Part shown: piece after piece, positions 15,764-24,018 of the stretch
How positions within the stretch are numbered: position 1 is the stretch's first letter
Layout: each line of letters begins with the position of its first letter
From: an uncultured Gammaproteobacteria bacterium
Lineage (GTDB): Bacteria; Patescibacteriota; Microgenomatia; Levybacterales; UBA12049
Direction of reading: 5' to 3'
Assembly (NCBI GenBank): GCA_964474445.1
Contig: CAYYSJ010000003.1
Coordinates: 81,597-145,596, forward strand
DNA length: 64,000 bases
Position numbers and translations under genes: made by a program
The notes under the pieces: generated by a model
Databases searched by the model: none
What the model was told of the DNA's origin: nothing
What the model saw: only the letters and a program-made list of their open reading frames with translations

Positions 15764-17743
15764 ATGGTAGAAAATAATGGTCAAGCAATTCCACAAGGTA
15801 GTGAATCGATGTCACAGCAAACAGACAATAAGTCTGCGCTGTCTCATTTACCACCCCCGAAGCTCGTTGGAGGATACCCTCGCACTTTGGGAGATCTAGC
15901 TGCAGGAGCTGAAAATACTACACCTCATGAAGTTAAAACGAATTCTTTCCCAGAGCTTATTGCAAATGCGCCACTTGAGCATACATCTCTTGTATATTCT
16001 GTTCCATTCAAGGGAGAATGGTATAACGGAAATTTACAAAGACTACTATTGACTATGCTTTCTCAAAAACAAGCAGCTGACGAAGCATTTGAAGTAGAAC
16101 TTATTGCAAACATTGGGGGGGAAAGTCTGAAAGGAGGATCAGAAGCAGTTGTGAGAGAAGCAGATGAATCTGTAGACTATCTGAAAAAGATTGTCAATGT
16201 GCAGCGGCTAGCAAGGATTTTATTAGCACAACCAGGCAATCAGACAGTGAGACAAGAAATGGATCAGCTTATTACCAGCGTTGCAGATCCACTATTGCAA
16301 CAAGTTGCAAAGTTAGCTATTGAGAAGGCTAATAACATTAGCATTGCACTCATTGACGGCACGCACACAGATTTTTATGCCGATAATCAATACGATTATA
16401 GGCTAGGGTATAACAGCCTTAGCACAATGGCGTCTCGCCGAACATTTGGAACGGATGTAGCGTATGCTCGATTTGCTTCTCATCCCGAGACTGTAATTTC
16501 TATGTGGGATGCAGACACAGTATTAGAAGATACAACTTCTGTTAGTCGCATGCAAAGAATTTTTAGAACCCATCCGGATCTCCATTACATATTCTCAAGA
16601 TTATCATACCTTCCAGCAGGCCAGCCTGAAGGACTTGTTGCAGATTCTCCAAGACATAATGCTGACCAAAGCGCTCGATATAATGATGGGTTTGCACACG
16701 GTTCGCCACAGATTGCTTTCCGCCTTGGTGCGTACGAAACGTTAGAAGAAATCATGGAGGGCATAGAGGAGGGATTTCCTGGGGACGAAGATAGGACGCT
16801 TTCCTATAGACTAATTTATCATTATGGGAAAATGCAGGACGGTTTGCTTTTACATGGTGACAGCGATTTTTATCCTGCAACTGTTCTCACCGGAGATAGA
16901 TTGGATGGTCTTGTAGACTCAAGAAGCAGAGCTGATTCATTTGCTCATAAAGGTGTACATCCAATGGCTGAAGGATTGGGAAAAACATTTTCACTTAGAG
17001 AGGAAATGTTTGCTCGAATTGATTCTCTACCTTCGGGAAAAAAAGAAGAGGCGTTAACGGTCTTGCAAGAAGCAAGGCATTATTATGAAAGACAGCAGAG
17101 GATGCAACAACGATTCAATCGATCTATTTTAACAACCTTTCTTCAATCTTTAGACAATGGAGTAATACAACAGGACAATGGAAAGGTCGCAGATGAGCAC
17201 GCACTCCTCTCAACCAGGGCAGGAACACATTTGCTCTTGTATATGCGTACAAATCCGGATTTAGTAAAACAAGTTTTACTAAATCCAAATAACCTTAAAG
17301 CTATCCGTTACTTTTCAAGTAATTCATCATCTTTGCCAGAGGGCGATTTGACGCCTTTTCAACTTGCAATACGAGAATATGTTGGGGAGACAGTCCCATT
17401 TGATGAAGTTGTAAATTCTGGTCAGGCAGAAGTACGGAAAACGCAATGGGAGTATTATCCTGGCAAGTTTATGGATCAATGGGGAGCAGAAGATTTTAGA
17501 GAAAGAGAGTCAAAGGTATCCCTTATGCATAGTGCAATTGCAGAAATTCTTGCCTTAGGATACACATATAATGTACTGTTTGAAACAGATGAATTTCTTG
17601 AATCAAGGAAAGGATGGAGAACTTGGCCTGAAGATCCAAAACAACAAAGAGCAACTCTTGATCGTGGTCCAAATCCTCTTGGTCCAAGAATAGATTATTT
17701 AAAAAGCAAAATGGACGTCAGAGGTTCTGAAATAGGAAATTAA
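15764..17743 (+). CDS. Large hypothetical cytoplasmic protein (659 aa), no recognisable domain
   Basis: Long ORF with own promoter; segment ...VISMWDADTVLED... is reminiscent of a DxD-type motif but insufficient for assignment. Confidence 0.5.
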   Translation: MVENNGQAIPQGSESMSQQTDNKSALSHLPPPKLVGGYPRTLGDLAAGAENTTPHEVKTNSFPELIANAPLEHTSLVYSVPFKGEWYNGNLQRLLLTMLSQKQAADEAFEVELIANIGGESLKGGSEAVVREADESVDYLKKIVNVQRLARILLAQPGNQTVRQEMDQLITSVADPLLQQVAKLAIEKANNISIALIDGTHTDFYADNQYDYRLGYNSLSTMASRRTFGTDVAYARFASHPETVISMWDADTVLEDTTSVSRMQRIFRTHPDLHYIFSRLSYLPAGQPEGLVADSPRHNADQSARYNDGFAHGSPQIAFRLGAYETLEEIMEGIEEGFPGDEDRTLSYRLIYHYGKMQDGLLLHGDSDFYPATVLTGDRLDGLVDSRSRADSFAHKGVHPMAEGLGKTFSLREEMFARIDSLPSGKKEEALTVLQEARHYYERQQRMQQRFNRSILTTFLQSLDNGVIQQDNGKVADEHALLSTRAGTHLLLYMRTNPDLVKQVLLNPNNLKAIRYFSSNSSSLPEGDLTPFQLAIREYVGETVPFDEVVNSGQAEVRKTQWEYYPGKFMDQWGAEDFRERESKVSLMHSAIAEILALGYTYNVLFETDEFLESRKGWRTWPEDPKQQRATLDRGPNPLGPRIDYLKSKMDVRGSEIGN

Positions 17744-17818
17744 CAAAAAAGCTAGCATTCGTGAAATTAGCCTCCTCGTGTTATCGCCTTCTAAACATGG
17801 TATTTTGTACTAACCTTA

Positions 17819-17827
17819 TGGTAAAAT
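17819..17827 (+). promoter_or_regulatory. Extended -10 TGGTAAAAT, 7 nt upstream of ychF ATG (leaderless)
   Basis: ccttaTGGTAAAATtagcttcATG. Confidence 0.5.
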
Positions 17828-17834
17828 TAGCTTC

Positions 17835-18932
17835 ATGAATGTTTCTGTCGGAATTGTCGGTCTTCCAAACGTAGGAAAGTCAACACTATTTAATGCACTT
17901 CTGAAAAAGCAGCAAGCACTTGCTGCAAATTATCCTTTTGCAACAATTGAACCAAATGTTGGAATAGTTGCTGTACCTGATAAGAGGCTTAACCAGTTGG
18001 CAGAAATTACTAAGAATGAGGAGAAAATGTCCGAATTGCCACCATTAAAACCAGCAACAGTTGAATTTGTTGACATTGCAGGACTGGTAAAAGGTGCTTC
18101 AGAAGGAGCAGGACTTGGCAATAAATTTTTATCCCATATTCGAGAAGTAAGTATTATTGCTCATGTTATTAGAGTATTTGAAGACAGCAATATCATTAAA
18201 GAGGGAGCTGTAGATCCAAAATCAGATTTTGAAACGATCAATACAGAACTTATGCTTTCAGATCTTGCAACCCTTCAAAAAGCACTGGAGAATAGAAAAA
18301 TTGATCCAAAGAAAAAAACTGTAGTTGAAAAAGCAGTTGCAGGAATAAATGCAGGAACACCTGTCTATTTACAAAATCTATCAGATGAGGAACAAGAAGA
18401 ATTAAGGGACTTATTTTTACTTTCTAATAAAAGACAACTAGTTGTTTTAAATGTTTCAGAATCGGATTACAATCCAAGTTCGATAGAGCGTATAGTAACA
18501 GAATATTCTCAAATCTTAGGTGTGGCAAAGGAAAATTGTGTTGTTATTTGTGCACAAATTGAATCTGATTTAGCAGGACTTACAGAGGGAGAGCAACAAG
18601 AATACTTGAAAGATTTAGGGTTGGAGACGTCTGGTCTTGAACGACTCATTCAAAAAGCATATGAAACACTTGGGTTAATTTCATTCTTAACAGCAGGGGA
18701 GAAAGAAGTAAGGGCATGGACTATACGAAAAGGGACAAGCGCACAAATGGCTGCAGGGGAGATTCATACAGACTTTATTAAAAAATTCATTAAAGCAGAA
18801 GTTGTTTCATATAATGATTTTGTTAATAATAATGGCTGGAAAGGCGCACGAGAAAAAGGAAAAGCAGGGCTTGAAGGGAAAGAGTACATTATGCAAGATG
18901 GTGATGTGGTGGAGTTTAAGATTGGAGCTTAA
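17835..18932 (+). CDS. ychF: Redox-regulated ribosome-binding ATPase YchF (Obg-family GTPase)
   Basis: G1 GIVGLPNVGKSTLFNAL, G3 DIAGLVKGA; C-terminal TGS-like region ...MQDGDVVEFKIGA. Confidence 0.95.
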   Translation: MNVSVGIVGLPNVGKSTLFNALLKKQQALAANYPFATIEPNVGIVAVPDKRLNQLAEITKNEEKMSELPPLKPATVEFVDIAGLVKGASEGAGLGNKFLSHIREVSIIAHVIRVFEDSNIIKEGAVDPKSDFETINTELMLSDLATLQKALENRKIDPKKKTVVEKAVAGINAGTPVYLQNLSDEEQEELRDLFLLSNKRQLVVLNVSESDYNPSSIERIVTEYSQILGVAKENCVVICAQIESDLAGLTEGEQQEYLKDLGLETSGLERLIQKAYETLGLISFLTAGEKEVRAWTIRKGTSAQMAAGEIHTDFIKKFIKAEVVSYNDFVNNNGWKGAREKGKAGLEGKEYIMQDGDVVEFKIGA

Positions 18933-18935
18933 CTT

Positions 18936-19487
18936 CTAGGTAACTTCAATTGGCACAGCTTCTATAGGGACAACTTCTGCGAGTGCTATTTCGGGTGCTT
19001 CTTCTCTAAGTTTTTCTTCTCGCCGCTGGGTCGATTGTTTTCTCCGTCGTGTCATCTCCGAGAGCGCTTCATATAACTTTGCGTAATATTGAGTTGCTTT
19101 AGGCTCATTGGCTGTCATGTTATATGTATAAAGTGTCTTGCGGTTAACGCCAAAAAGATCAAAGATTTCATCAGAAGACTTATACCTTTCAGAAATATAC
19201 CGAATGGTAAGAGCGAGACGGTAGTCATGATTAAGTGGAAAATTGGGGTCAACATTGGCAAAGATTGTCGGATGTCCAAGGACCTTTATAACTCGCCGCA
19301 CACTATGGATATCCTCTCGTGCTATTCGGAAAAAATGAGGATCCCTCTGAAGCCACGTACGAAATGGCACATCTTCTGGGTGTTGGTGGTGATTTTTATA
19401 AGGTAATTCCGTTGAAGATAAAGTCACGTGGCTAACACTAAAGATTTTATGTAAAAAGAAATGCACTGCTTTGTAATACTTTTGCAA
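18936..19487 (-). CDS. Hypothetical protein (183 aa) with Arg/Lys/Glu-rich C-terminal tail
   Basis: Last gene of a three-gene minus-strand unit; no motif recognised. Confidence 0.45.
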   Translation of the reverse strand: MQKYYKAVHFFLHKIFSVSHVTLSSTELPYKNHHQHPEDVPFRTWLQRDPHFFRIAREDIHSVRRVIKVLGHPTIFANVDPNFPLNHDYRLALTIRYISERYKSSDEIFDLFGVNRKTLYTYNMTANEPKATQYYAKLYEALSEMTRRRKQSTQRREEKLREEAPEIALAEVVPIEAVPIEVT

Positions 19488-19501
19488 GATTAGAAATAAT
19501 T

Positions 19502-19801
19502 TTAATAACGTTGAGGAGTGGGATTTCTGGGGATGGAAGCTCGTTTGGCATCTTCTCTTGCCCCAAATGCTTCTGCAGCTAATGCAGCAGTCGTAAGTCG
19601 TCTTGCTAGAATTTGTCGTCTAAGCTCTTCATCAAGCGGGCTTCTTTCTATAATTGGAGAGGGCTTTTCTGTTGCTACTACTTCGCTTTGAATATAGTCA
19701 ATAAGCACTTGAGCATCACGTGATTGAATTTTATCGCGAATTGCAGGGTATCTTATTGCAAGTGCTACTCCATATGCAACATCTCTATCAGGTATTGTCA
19801 T
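19502..19801 (-). CDS. Hypothetical small protein (99 aa)
   Basis: ORF between two unknowns; ATG at 19801. Confidence 0.4.
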   Translation of the reverse strand: MTIPDRDVAYGVALAIRYPAIRDKIQSRDAQVLIDYIQSEVVATEKPSPIIERSPLDEELRRQILARRLTTAALAAEAFGAREDAKRASIPRNPTPQRY

Positions 19802-19808
19802 AGCCTAT

Positions 19809-19845
19809 CTTATTGTCTATTTTTGCGTAAAAAATAGACAATAAG
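19809..19845. promoter_or_regulatory. Perfect 16-bp inverted repeat with 5-nt spacer (CTTATTGTCTATTTTT gcgta AAAAATAGACAATAAG) between two co-oriented unknown genes; candidate operator or RNA hairpin
   Basis: Read directly; arms 19809-19824 and 19830-19845 are exact reverse complements. Confidence 0.6.
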
Positions 19846-19867
19846 TTTGTAATGGTTTGGTATGATT

Positions 19868-20674
19868 CTATGTAACGACTTTGGCAGATACTGGTTTTGC
19901 AGCCTGTCTTCGTCGTTTCTTTTCTTTTCGATATCTTACTATCAAAACCTCTGACCCATCATTGATCACTTCTGCTACAGTTTTGACTGGTGTACGCCTT
20001 TTTTGATGTTTTCTCGTGATTTCATCTAATGCTTCAAGTTTTTTCAAGGATGAAGCAACTGCTAAGAGAGTTGATGAATTGGGTGGAAGGAGTTGGTGAA
20101 TTCTGTGGGGGGTCGGCTGAAGGTTATTTGTTGTGAGGCTTTGGAAAGCAGACAAAACATGCATATCAAACCATGTGGGTCCTTCTTGGGGAGTTTTTGC
20201 TTGTTGCAGTTTCTGGTAAACTTCAGTCGCTTTGGTAAACAGTTGATATCCAAACCGTTGAGATTCTTGCAGTGGATATTCGACAAATCCAGCTTCAAGA
20301 TGTCGTACTCCAAATGTATGTTGTAAAAAAGCGGCCTTATTAGCCGCTTTCTGTGAGTCCGAAAGGAAATGAAGCATAATAAATACTTCATCTGTAAGGG
20401 ATTGGAATGGATTATGTTCTCCCGTCCCGAGTCCCATCATTGTACTAATGCCAAGATGAGCTTTCTTCTCGATAGGATCACAGTCTCTTCCAGAACTATT
20501 TACATATCGATGCAAGTACCCAAAGATATCTTTGTTCTCACGCAGATAGCGAGATAAAGGGTGGGTAGTATCTGGGGGAAGTGGTGTGTACACTTCTGTA
20601 TATTCAACTTTTCCATTTTTTAAGGTGACAGGAACAAAGTAAACAGGACTTTGCCTGGTTAGTTCTTTTGCCAT
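19868..20674 (-). CDS. Hypothetical protein (268 aa) with strongly basic C-terminal tail (RYRKEKKRRRQAAKP)
   Basis: First gene of minus-strand unit divergent from rpsF; no motif recognised. Confidence 0.5.
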   Translation of the reverse strand: MAKELTRQSPVYFVPVTLKNGKVEYTEVYTPLPPDTTHPLSRYLRENKDIFGYLHRYVNSSGRDCDPIEKKAHLGISTMMGLGTGEHNPFQSLTDEVFIMLHFLSDSQKAANKAAFLQHTFGVRHLEAGFVEYPLQESQRFGYQLFTKATEVYQKLQQAKTPQEGPTWFDMHVLSAFQSLTTNNLQPTPHRIHQLLPPNSSTLLAVASSLKKLEALDEITRKHQKRRTPVKTVAEVINDGSEVLIVRYRKEKKRRRQAAKPVSAKVVT

Positions 20675-20777
20675 AACTGGTATTTAAAGAGGCATTCTGA
20701 TCTGATAGTGTAAAAGCAGGCAAGGAAGTATGTAAGAGAAATGAAAGAATGAAAAAAAGTGGTCAATAAGATACCCC

Positions 20778-20807
20778 TTGTCTTAAGGCTTTTACCCATG
20801 GTAAAAT
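20778..20807 (+). promoter_or_regulatory. rpsF promoter: TTGTCT-18-TGgTAAAAT, 7 nt upstream of ATG (leaderless rpsF-ssb-rpsR transcript)
   Basis: ccTTGTCTtaaggcttttacccaTGGTAAAATacactacATG. Confidence 0.5.
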
Positions 20808-20814
20808 ACACTAC

Positions 20815-21090
20815 ATGCGAAAGTACGAATTAGTTGTTATTGTGAAGCCAAGTCTTTCAGAACCTGAGAGAGGGAAGTTGTTAGATACCATTAAATCATG
20901 GCTAACGGATGCAAAAGTTACTAAGGAAGAAGACTTAGGAAGTAAAGCCCTAGCATACAGAATTGGTCAAGATTTGACAGGACATTATTTTGATTTACAC
21001 GTAGAAGCACAAGGAATATCAGCTGATTTTGAACGAAGATTACTAGATAATGATAGTGTTTTGCGACATTTGTTGCTAAAGGTGAAATAA
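20815..21090 (+). CDS. rpsF: 30S ribosomal protein S6
   Basis: MRKYELVVIVKPSLSE...ALAYRIGQDLTGHYFDLHVEAQ classic S6. Confidence 0.9.
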   Translation: MRKYELVVIVKPSLSEPERGKLLDTIKSWLTDAKVTKEEDLGSKALAYRIGQDLTGHYFDLHVEAQGISADFERRLLDNDSVLRHLLLKVK

Positions 21091-21106
21091 AAGTCAAAAA
21101 GAAGTT

Positions 21107-21583
21107 ATGGCACGAAGTTTGAATAGAGTTCAATTGATTGGGAATTTAACACGGGATCCAGAGTTGCGATATACTCCAACAGGTACAGCCGTATGTACAT
21201 TTGGTCTTGCAACAAACAGATCATGGACAACTGATACTGGAGAGAAAAAAGAAGAGACTGAATTTCACAAAATTATCGCATGGAATAAATTGGGAGAGCT
21301 TTGCAGTCAACTTCTTTCTAAAGGACGAAAAGTCTTTGTTGAAGGAAGAATTGCATATCGAAAGTTTACAAAGCAGGATGGGACTGAACAAAACACAACA
21401 GAAATCATCATTGATGACATGATGTTGTTAGACAATAAGAGAAGTGAAGCAGGAGCTGAAGAAGTACCATCAGCTGCGAAAGCTCCAGCAACCCAAGCAG
21501 CAGCACCAAAAGCAGAACAAGGAGAACACTATGAAGAAGGGGCAATGTCTTCTGAAGAAATTGCAGATGATATTCCTTTCTGA
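21107..21583 (+). CDS. ssb: Single-stranded DNA-binding protein
   Basis: OB-fold MARSLNRVQLIGNLTRDPELRYTPTGTAVCTFGLATNRSW; disordered tail ending DDIPF; stop TGA. Confidence 0.95.
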   Translation: MARSLNRVQLIGNLTRDPELRYTPTGTAVCTFGLATNRSWTTDTGEKKEETEFHKIIAWNKLGELCSQLLSKGRKVFVEGRIAYRKFTKQDGTEQNTTEIIIDDMMLLDNKRSEAGAEEVPSAAKAPATQAAAPKAEQGEHYEEGAMSSEEIADDIPF

Positions 21584-21605
21584 TATTTTGAAATAATAGA
21601 AAACT

Positions 21606-21851
21606 ATGAAGAAAAAAGTAACAACAAGAAGAGTAAAAAAAATTGTATCACCAAAGAATTGTTTTTTCTGTGATGAAAAACGGGAACCATGGTTTTTGGA
21701 TACAAAATCATTAGAAAAATTTGTAACCGAGCGAGGAAAAATTTTGTCTCGAGCAAGAACAGGCCTTTGTGCAAAACATCAGAGACGTGTCACAACCTCT
21801 ATCAAACATGCACGACACTTGGCTCTTATGCCATTTACTGCGAGAGTTTAG
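21606..21851 (+). CDS. rpsR: 30S ribosomal protein S18
   Basis: CFFCDEK...[42 protein letters not shown]. Confidence 0.9.
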   Translation: MKKKVTTRRVKKIVSPKNCFFCDEKREPWFLDTKSLEKFVTERGKILSRARTGLCAKHQRRVTTSIKHARHLALMPFTARV

Positions 21852-21877
21852 CTTCTTGACGATAGCCCGCCAATTAT

Positions 21878-21940
21878 AGATAATAGATGGTGATGATAAA
21901 AGGTAGAGGGTAGAATCTATTATCTTATTTTCTATTTTCA
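21878..21940 (+). terminator. Candidate terminator after rpsR: 11-bp inverted repeat AGATAATAGAT...ATCTATTATCT (26-nt loop) followed by T-rich TATTTTCTATTTT
   Basis: Arms 21878-21888 and 21915-21925. Confidence 0.4.
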
Positions 21941-21974
21941 CCTCCTATTTTCCTTTTTCTATCATCTAATTTCC

Positions 21975-23258
21975 ATGAATATGACTCCTAAAAAAGTACA
22001 AATTATTCTTATTGCTTTAGTAGCATTTGTGGGTGGTTATTTTATTAGGGGATATGAAATTTCTTGGCAATGGAGTCACTACAAACCGAATGTCAGTATT
22101 ATCAACCGTGATCCTCCAATAGGTACCCCTTCTTCTGTTGATTTTAATCTTTTTTGGACAGTATGGGATAAATTAGCAGGAAACTACTATGATAAAAAAG
22201 CAATTGATCCTCAAAAAATGCTCTATGGTGCAATTTCTGGCATGGTGAATGCAGTGGGTGATCCATACACTATGTTCTTACCTCCTGCCCAACAAACATC
22301 GTTCCAGCAACAGATGGCAGGTCAGTTTGAAGGTATAGGAGCAGAACTTTCGATGAAAGATAGTCATATTATTGTTGTTGCTCCACTTGATGGAAGTCCT
22401 GCAGAAAAAGCAGGTATTCGAGCAGGAGATACAATTGTCGGAGTAGATGGGAAAGCAACAGATGGGTGGACTATTCAACAAGCTGTAGATAAGATTCGTG
22501 GACCTAAAGGAACAGATGTAACGCTTCTTGTTATTCATAAAGACGAAAAGGATGTTAAAGAAATTAAAATTACCCGTGGAACGATTACGGTTAAAAGTGT
22601 TACAGGATGGGTGAAGAAGGCAAAAGATGTTGATAGCGCGAGGCTTGGTGATAGTGCTCTTGCAAACACCTCAGTCCTCTATATTAGACTCTCTCAATTT
22701 GGGGACAAAACAAATGAAGATTTCCAGAATTTGGTTAATTCTTATGCTTCTCAAGTAAAAGATGGAACAGTAAAAGGAATCATCTTAGATCTTCGAAATA
22801 ATCCTGGTGGTTATTTAACTGATGCGCAGTTTGTTGCTGGTGAATTCTTAGCTACTGGTACTCCAGTTGTGATGGAAGAAGCAGCAGGAGATAGAACCAC
22901 ACTTTCTGTGAACAGACAAGGATCTTTGGTGAACAATATTCCTATGGTTGTGATAGTGAATAAAGGGTCAGCATCTGCATCAGAAATTGTCTCAGGTGCT
23001 TTACGGGATAATGGAAGAGCAAAAATTGTCGGTGAGCAATCCTTTGGAAAAGGAACAGTACAGCAGGCACTTGATTTAGGTGGAGGAGCAGGACTGCATG
23101 TAACTATTGCAAAATGGTTAACACCAAAAGGCACATGGGTTGGAAGAGGTGTAGATGGTACAGGACTTGTTCCTGATGTCAAAGTGGACTTAGATCCAAA
23201 AGACCCAGCACATGATACTCAGCTTGAGAAGGCAATCCAAACGGTACTTGGACAATAA
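21975..23258 (+). CDS. ctpA: C-terminal processing (S41 family, tail-specific) protease with PDZ domain
   Basis: N-terminal TM; PDZ (GIRAGDTIVGVDGK); S41 motifs LDLRNNPGGYL and GSASASEIVSGAL. Confidence 0.85.
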   Translation: MNMTPKKVQIILIALVAFVGGYFIRGYEISWQWSHYKPNVSIINRDPPIGTPSSVDFNLFWTVWDKLAGNYYDKKAIDPQKMLYGAISGMVNAVGDPYTMFLPPAQQTSFQQQMAGQFEGIGAELSMKDSHIIVVAPLDGSPAEKAGIRAGDTIVGVDGKATDGWTIQQAVDKIRGPKGTDVTLLVIHKDEKDVKEIKITRGTITVKSVTGWVKKAKDVDSARLGDSALANTSVLYIRLSQFGDKTNEDFQNLVNSYASQVKDGTVKGIILDLRNNPGGYLTDAQFVAGEFLATGTPVVMEEAAGDRTTLSVNRQGSLVNNIPMVVIVNKGSASASEIVSGALRDNGRAKIVGEQSFGKGTVQQALDLGGGAGLHVTIAKWLTPKGTWVGRGVDGTGLVPDVKVDLDPKDPAHDTQLEKAIQTVLGQ

Positions 23259-23312
23259 TCAATTAGCAATTTCTTCTTGCAATTCTTTTTCTTTTTTTGT
23301 TAGCATAAGTAT

Positions 23313-23870
23313 ATGGGTTTTTTAGATGCACTCAAAGACATGTTTACTCTGGATAGCTTTTATGCTCCAGAGACAACCTCTTCTCCTGTAGGCGTGGATG
23401 ATAATGCAACAACTTCTATTGGAGCAGTTGAGAGTGATCCGCGTGCAACTCGACCTGACTTATCTGTTCCTCGACCCCTTAAAACATCGGATGTAGCTGA
23501 ACAAGCTGCTGATGCCCTAAGAGCTGAAGGAGCTCTACCAGGGTTAGACCAGCTTGTAAGAGATACAATTATAGAAAATGGAGCGCCTCTAGGTACTACT
23601 TCAAGTCATGTAGCTCGGGCTGATCAGCCAACACAGGTTATAAAACGTGTTGATATGTTTGCACAACACAATCCTGATGATACCGTTCGTATGTCTGCTG
23701 CTTTACTTCAAAAGGGGACAGAAGGTTTACCTTATTTGGGGCAACCAAGTCAGTTACCTGATCTTGATAAAGCACCAAAAGTTCCAGATGTAGGTGAAAG
23801 AGCTCCTTTACGTCCCGGAACAGTTCAGCAAGTAGTTAAACTTTTGGGTAGCTACGGGAGGAGTAGATAA
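23313..23870 (+). CDS. Hypothetical protein (185 aa), Ala/Pro/Asp-rich, likely disordered
   Basis: No motif recognised. Confidence 0.4.
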   Translation: MGFLDALKDMFTLDSFYAPETTSSPVGVDDNATTSIGAVESDPRATRPDLSVPRPLKTSDVAEQAADALRAEGALPGLDQLVRDTIIENGAPLGTTSSHVARADQPTQVIKRVDMFAQHNPDDTVRMSAALLQKGTEGLPYLGQPSQLPDLDKAPKVPDVGERAPLRPGTVQQVVKLLGSYGRSR

Positions 23871-24018
23871 ATCTACTTGATAACTTAAAATCTGCCTTCT
23901 TTTTTATTCTAAAAGCAAAAGTGTAAATTCTCACATTCCTCTGTTTCTCTCAAGATGGATCTTACCTGATTCTTACTATTTCCTTGCTTCTGTTACAAGC
24001 CTGTAATATTAAATATCT

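Noticed and set aside
21541-21590. Possible UGA recoding (alternative genetic code as in some CPR lineages)
   Set aside because: ssb ends with the conserved DDIPF followed directly by TGA, and gene ends are consistent with TAA/TAG/TGA all acting as stops. The standard bacterial code applies.
22811-23182. ORFs antisense to ctpA
   Set aside because: It sits inside a strongly supported S41 protease gene. Similar antisense ORFs were dropped for the same reason: 13467..13769 and 14513..14839 inside the DUF1800 fusion, 46138..46692 and 46741..47091 inside dnaB, and 26864..27168 inside the 684-aa gene.
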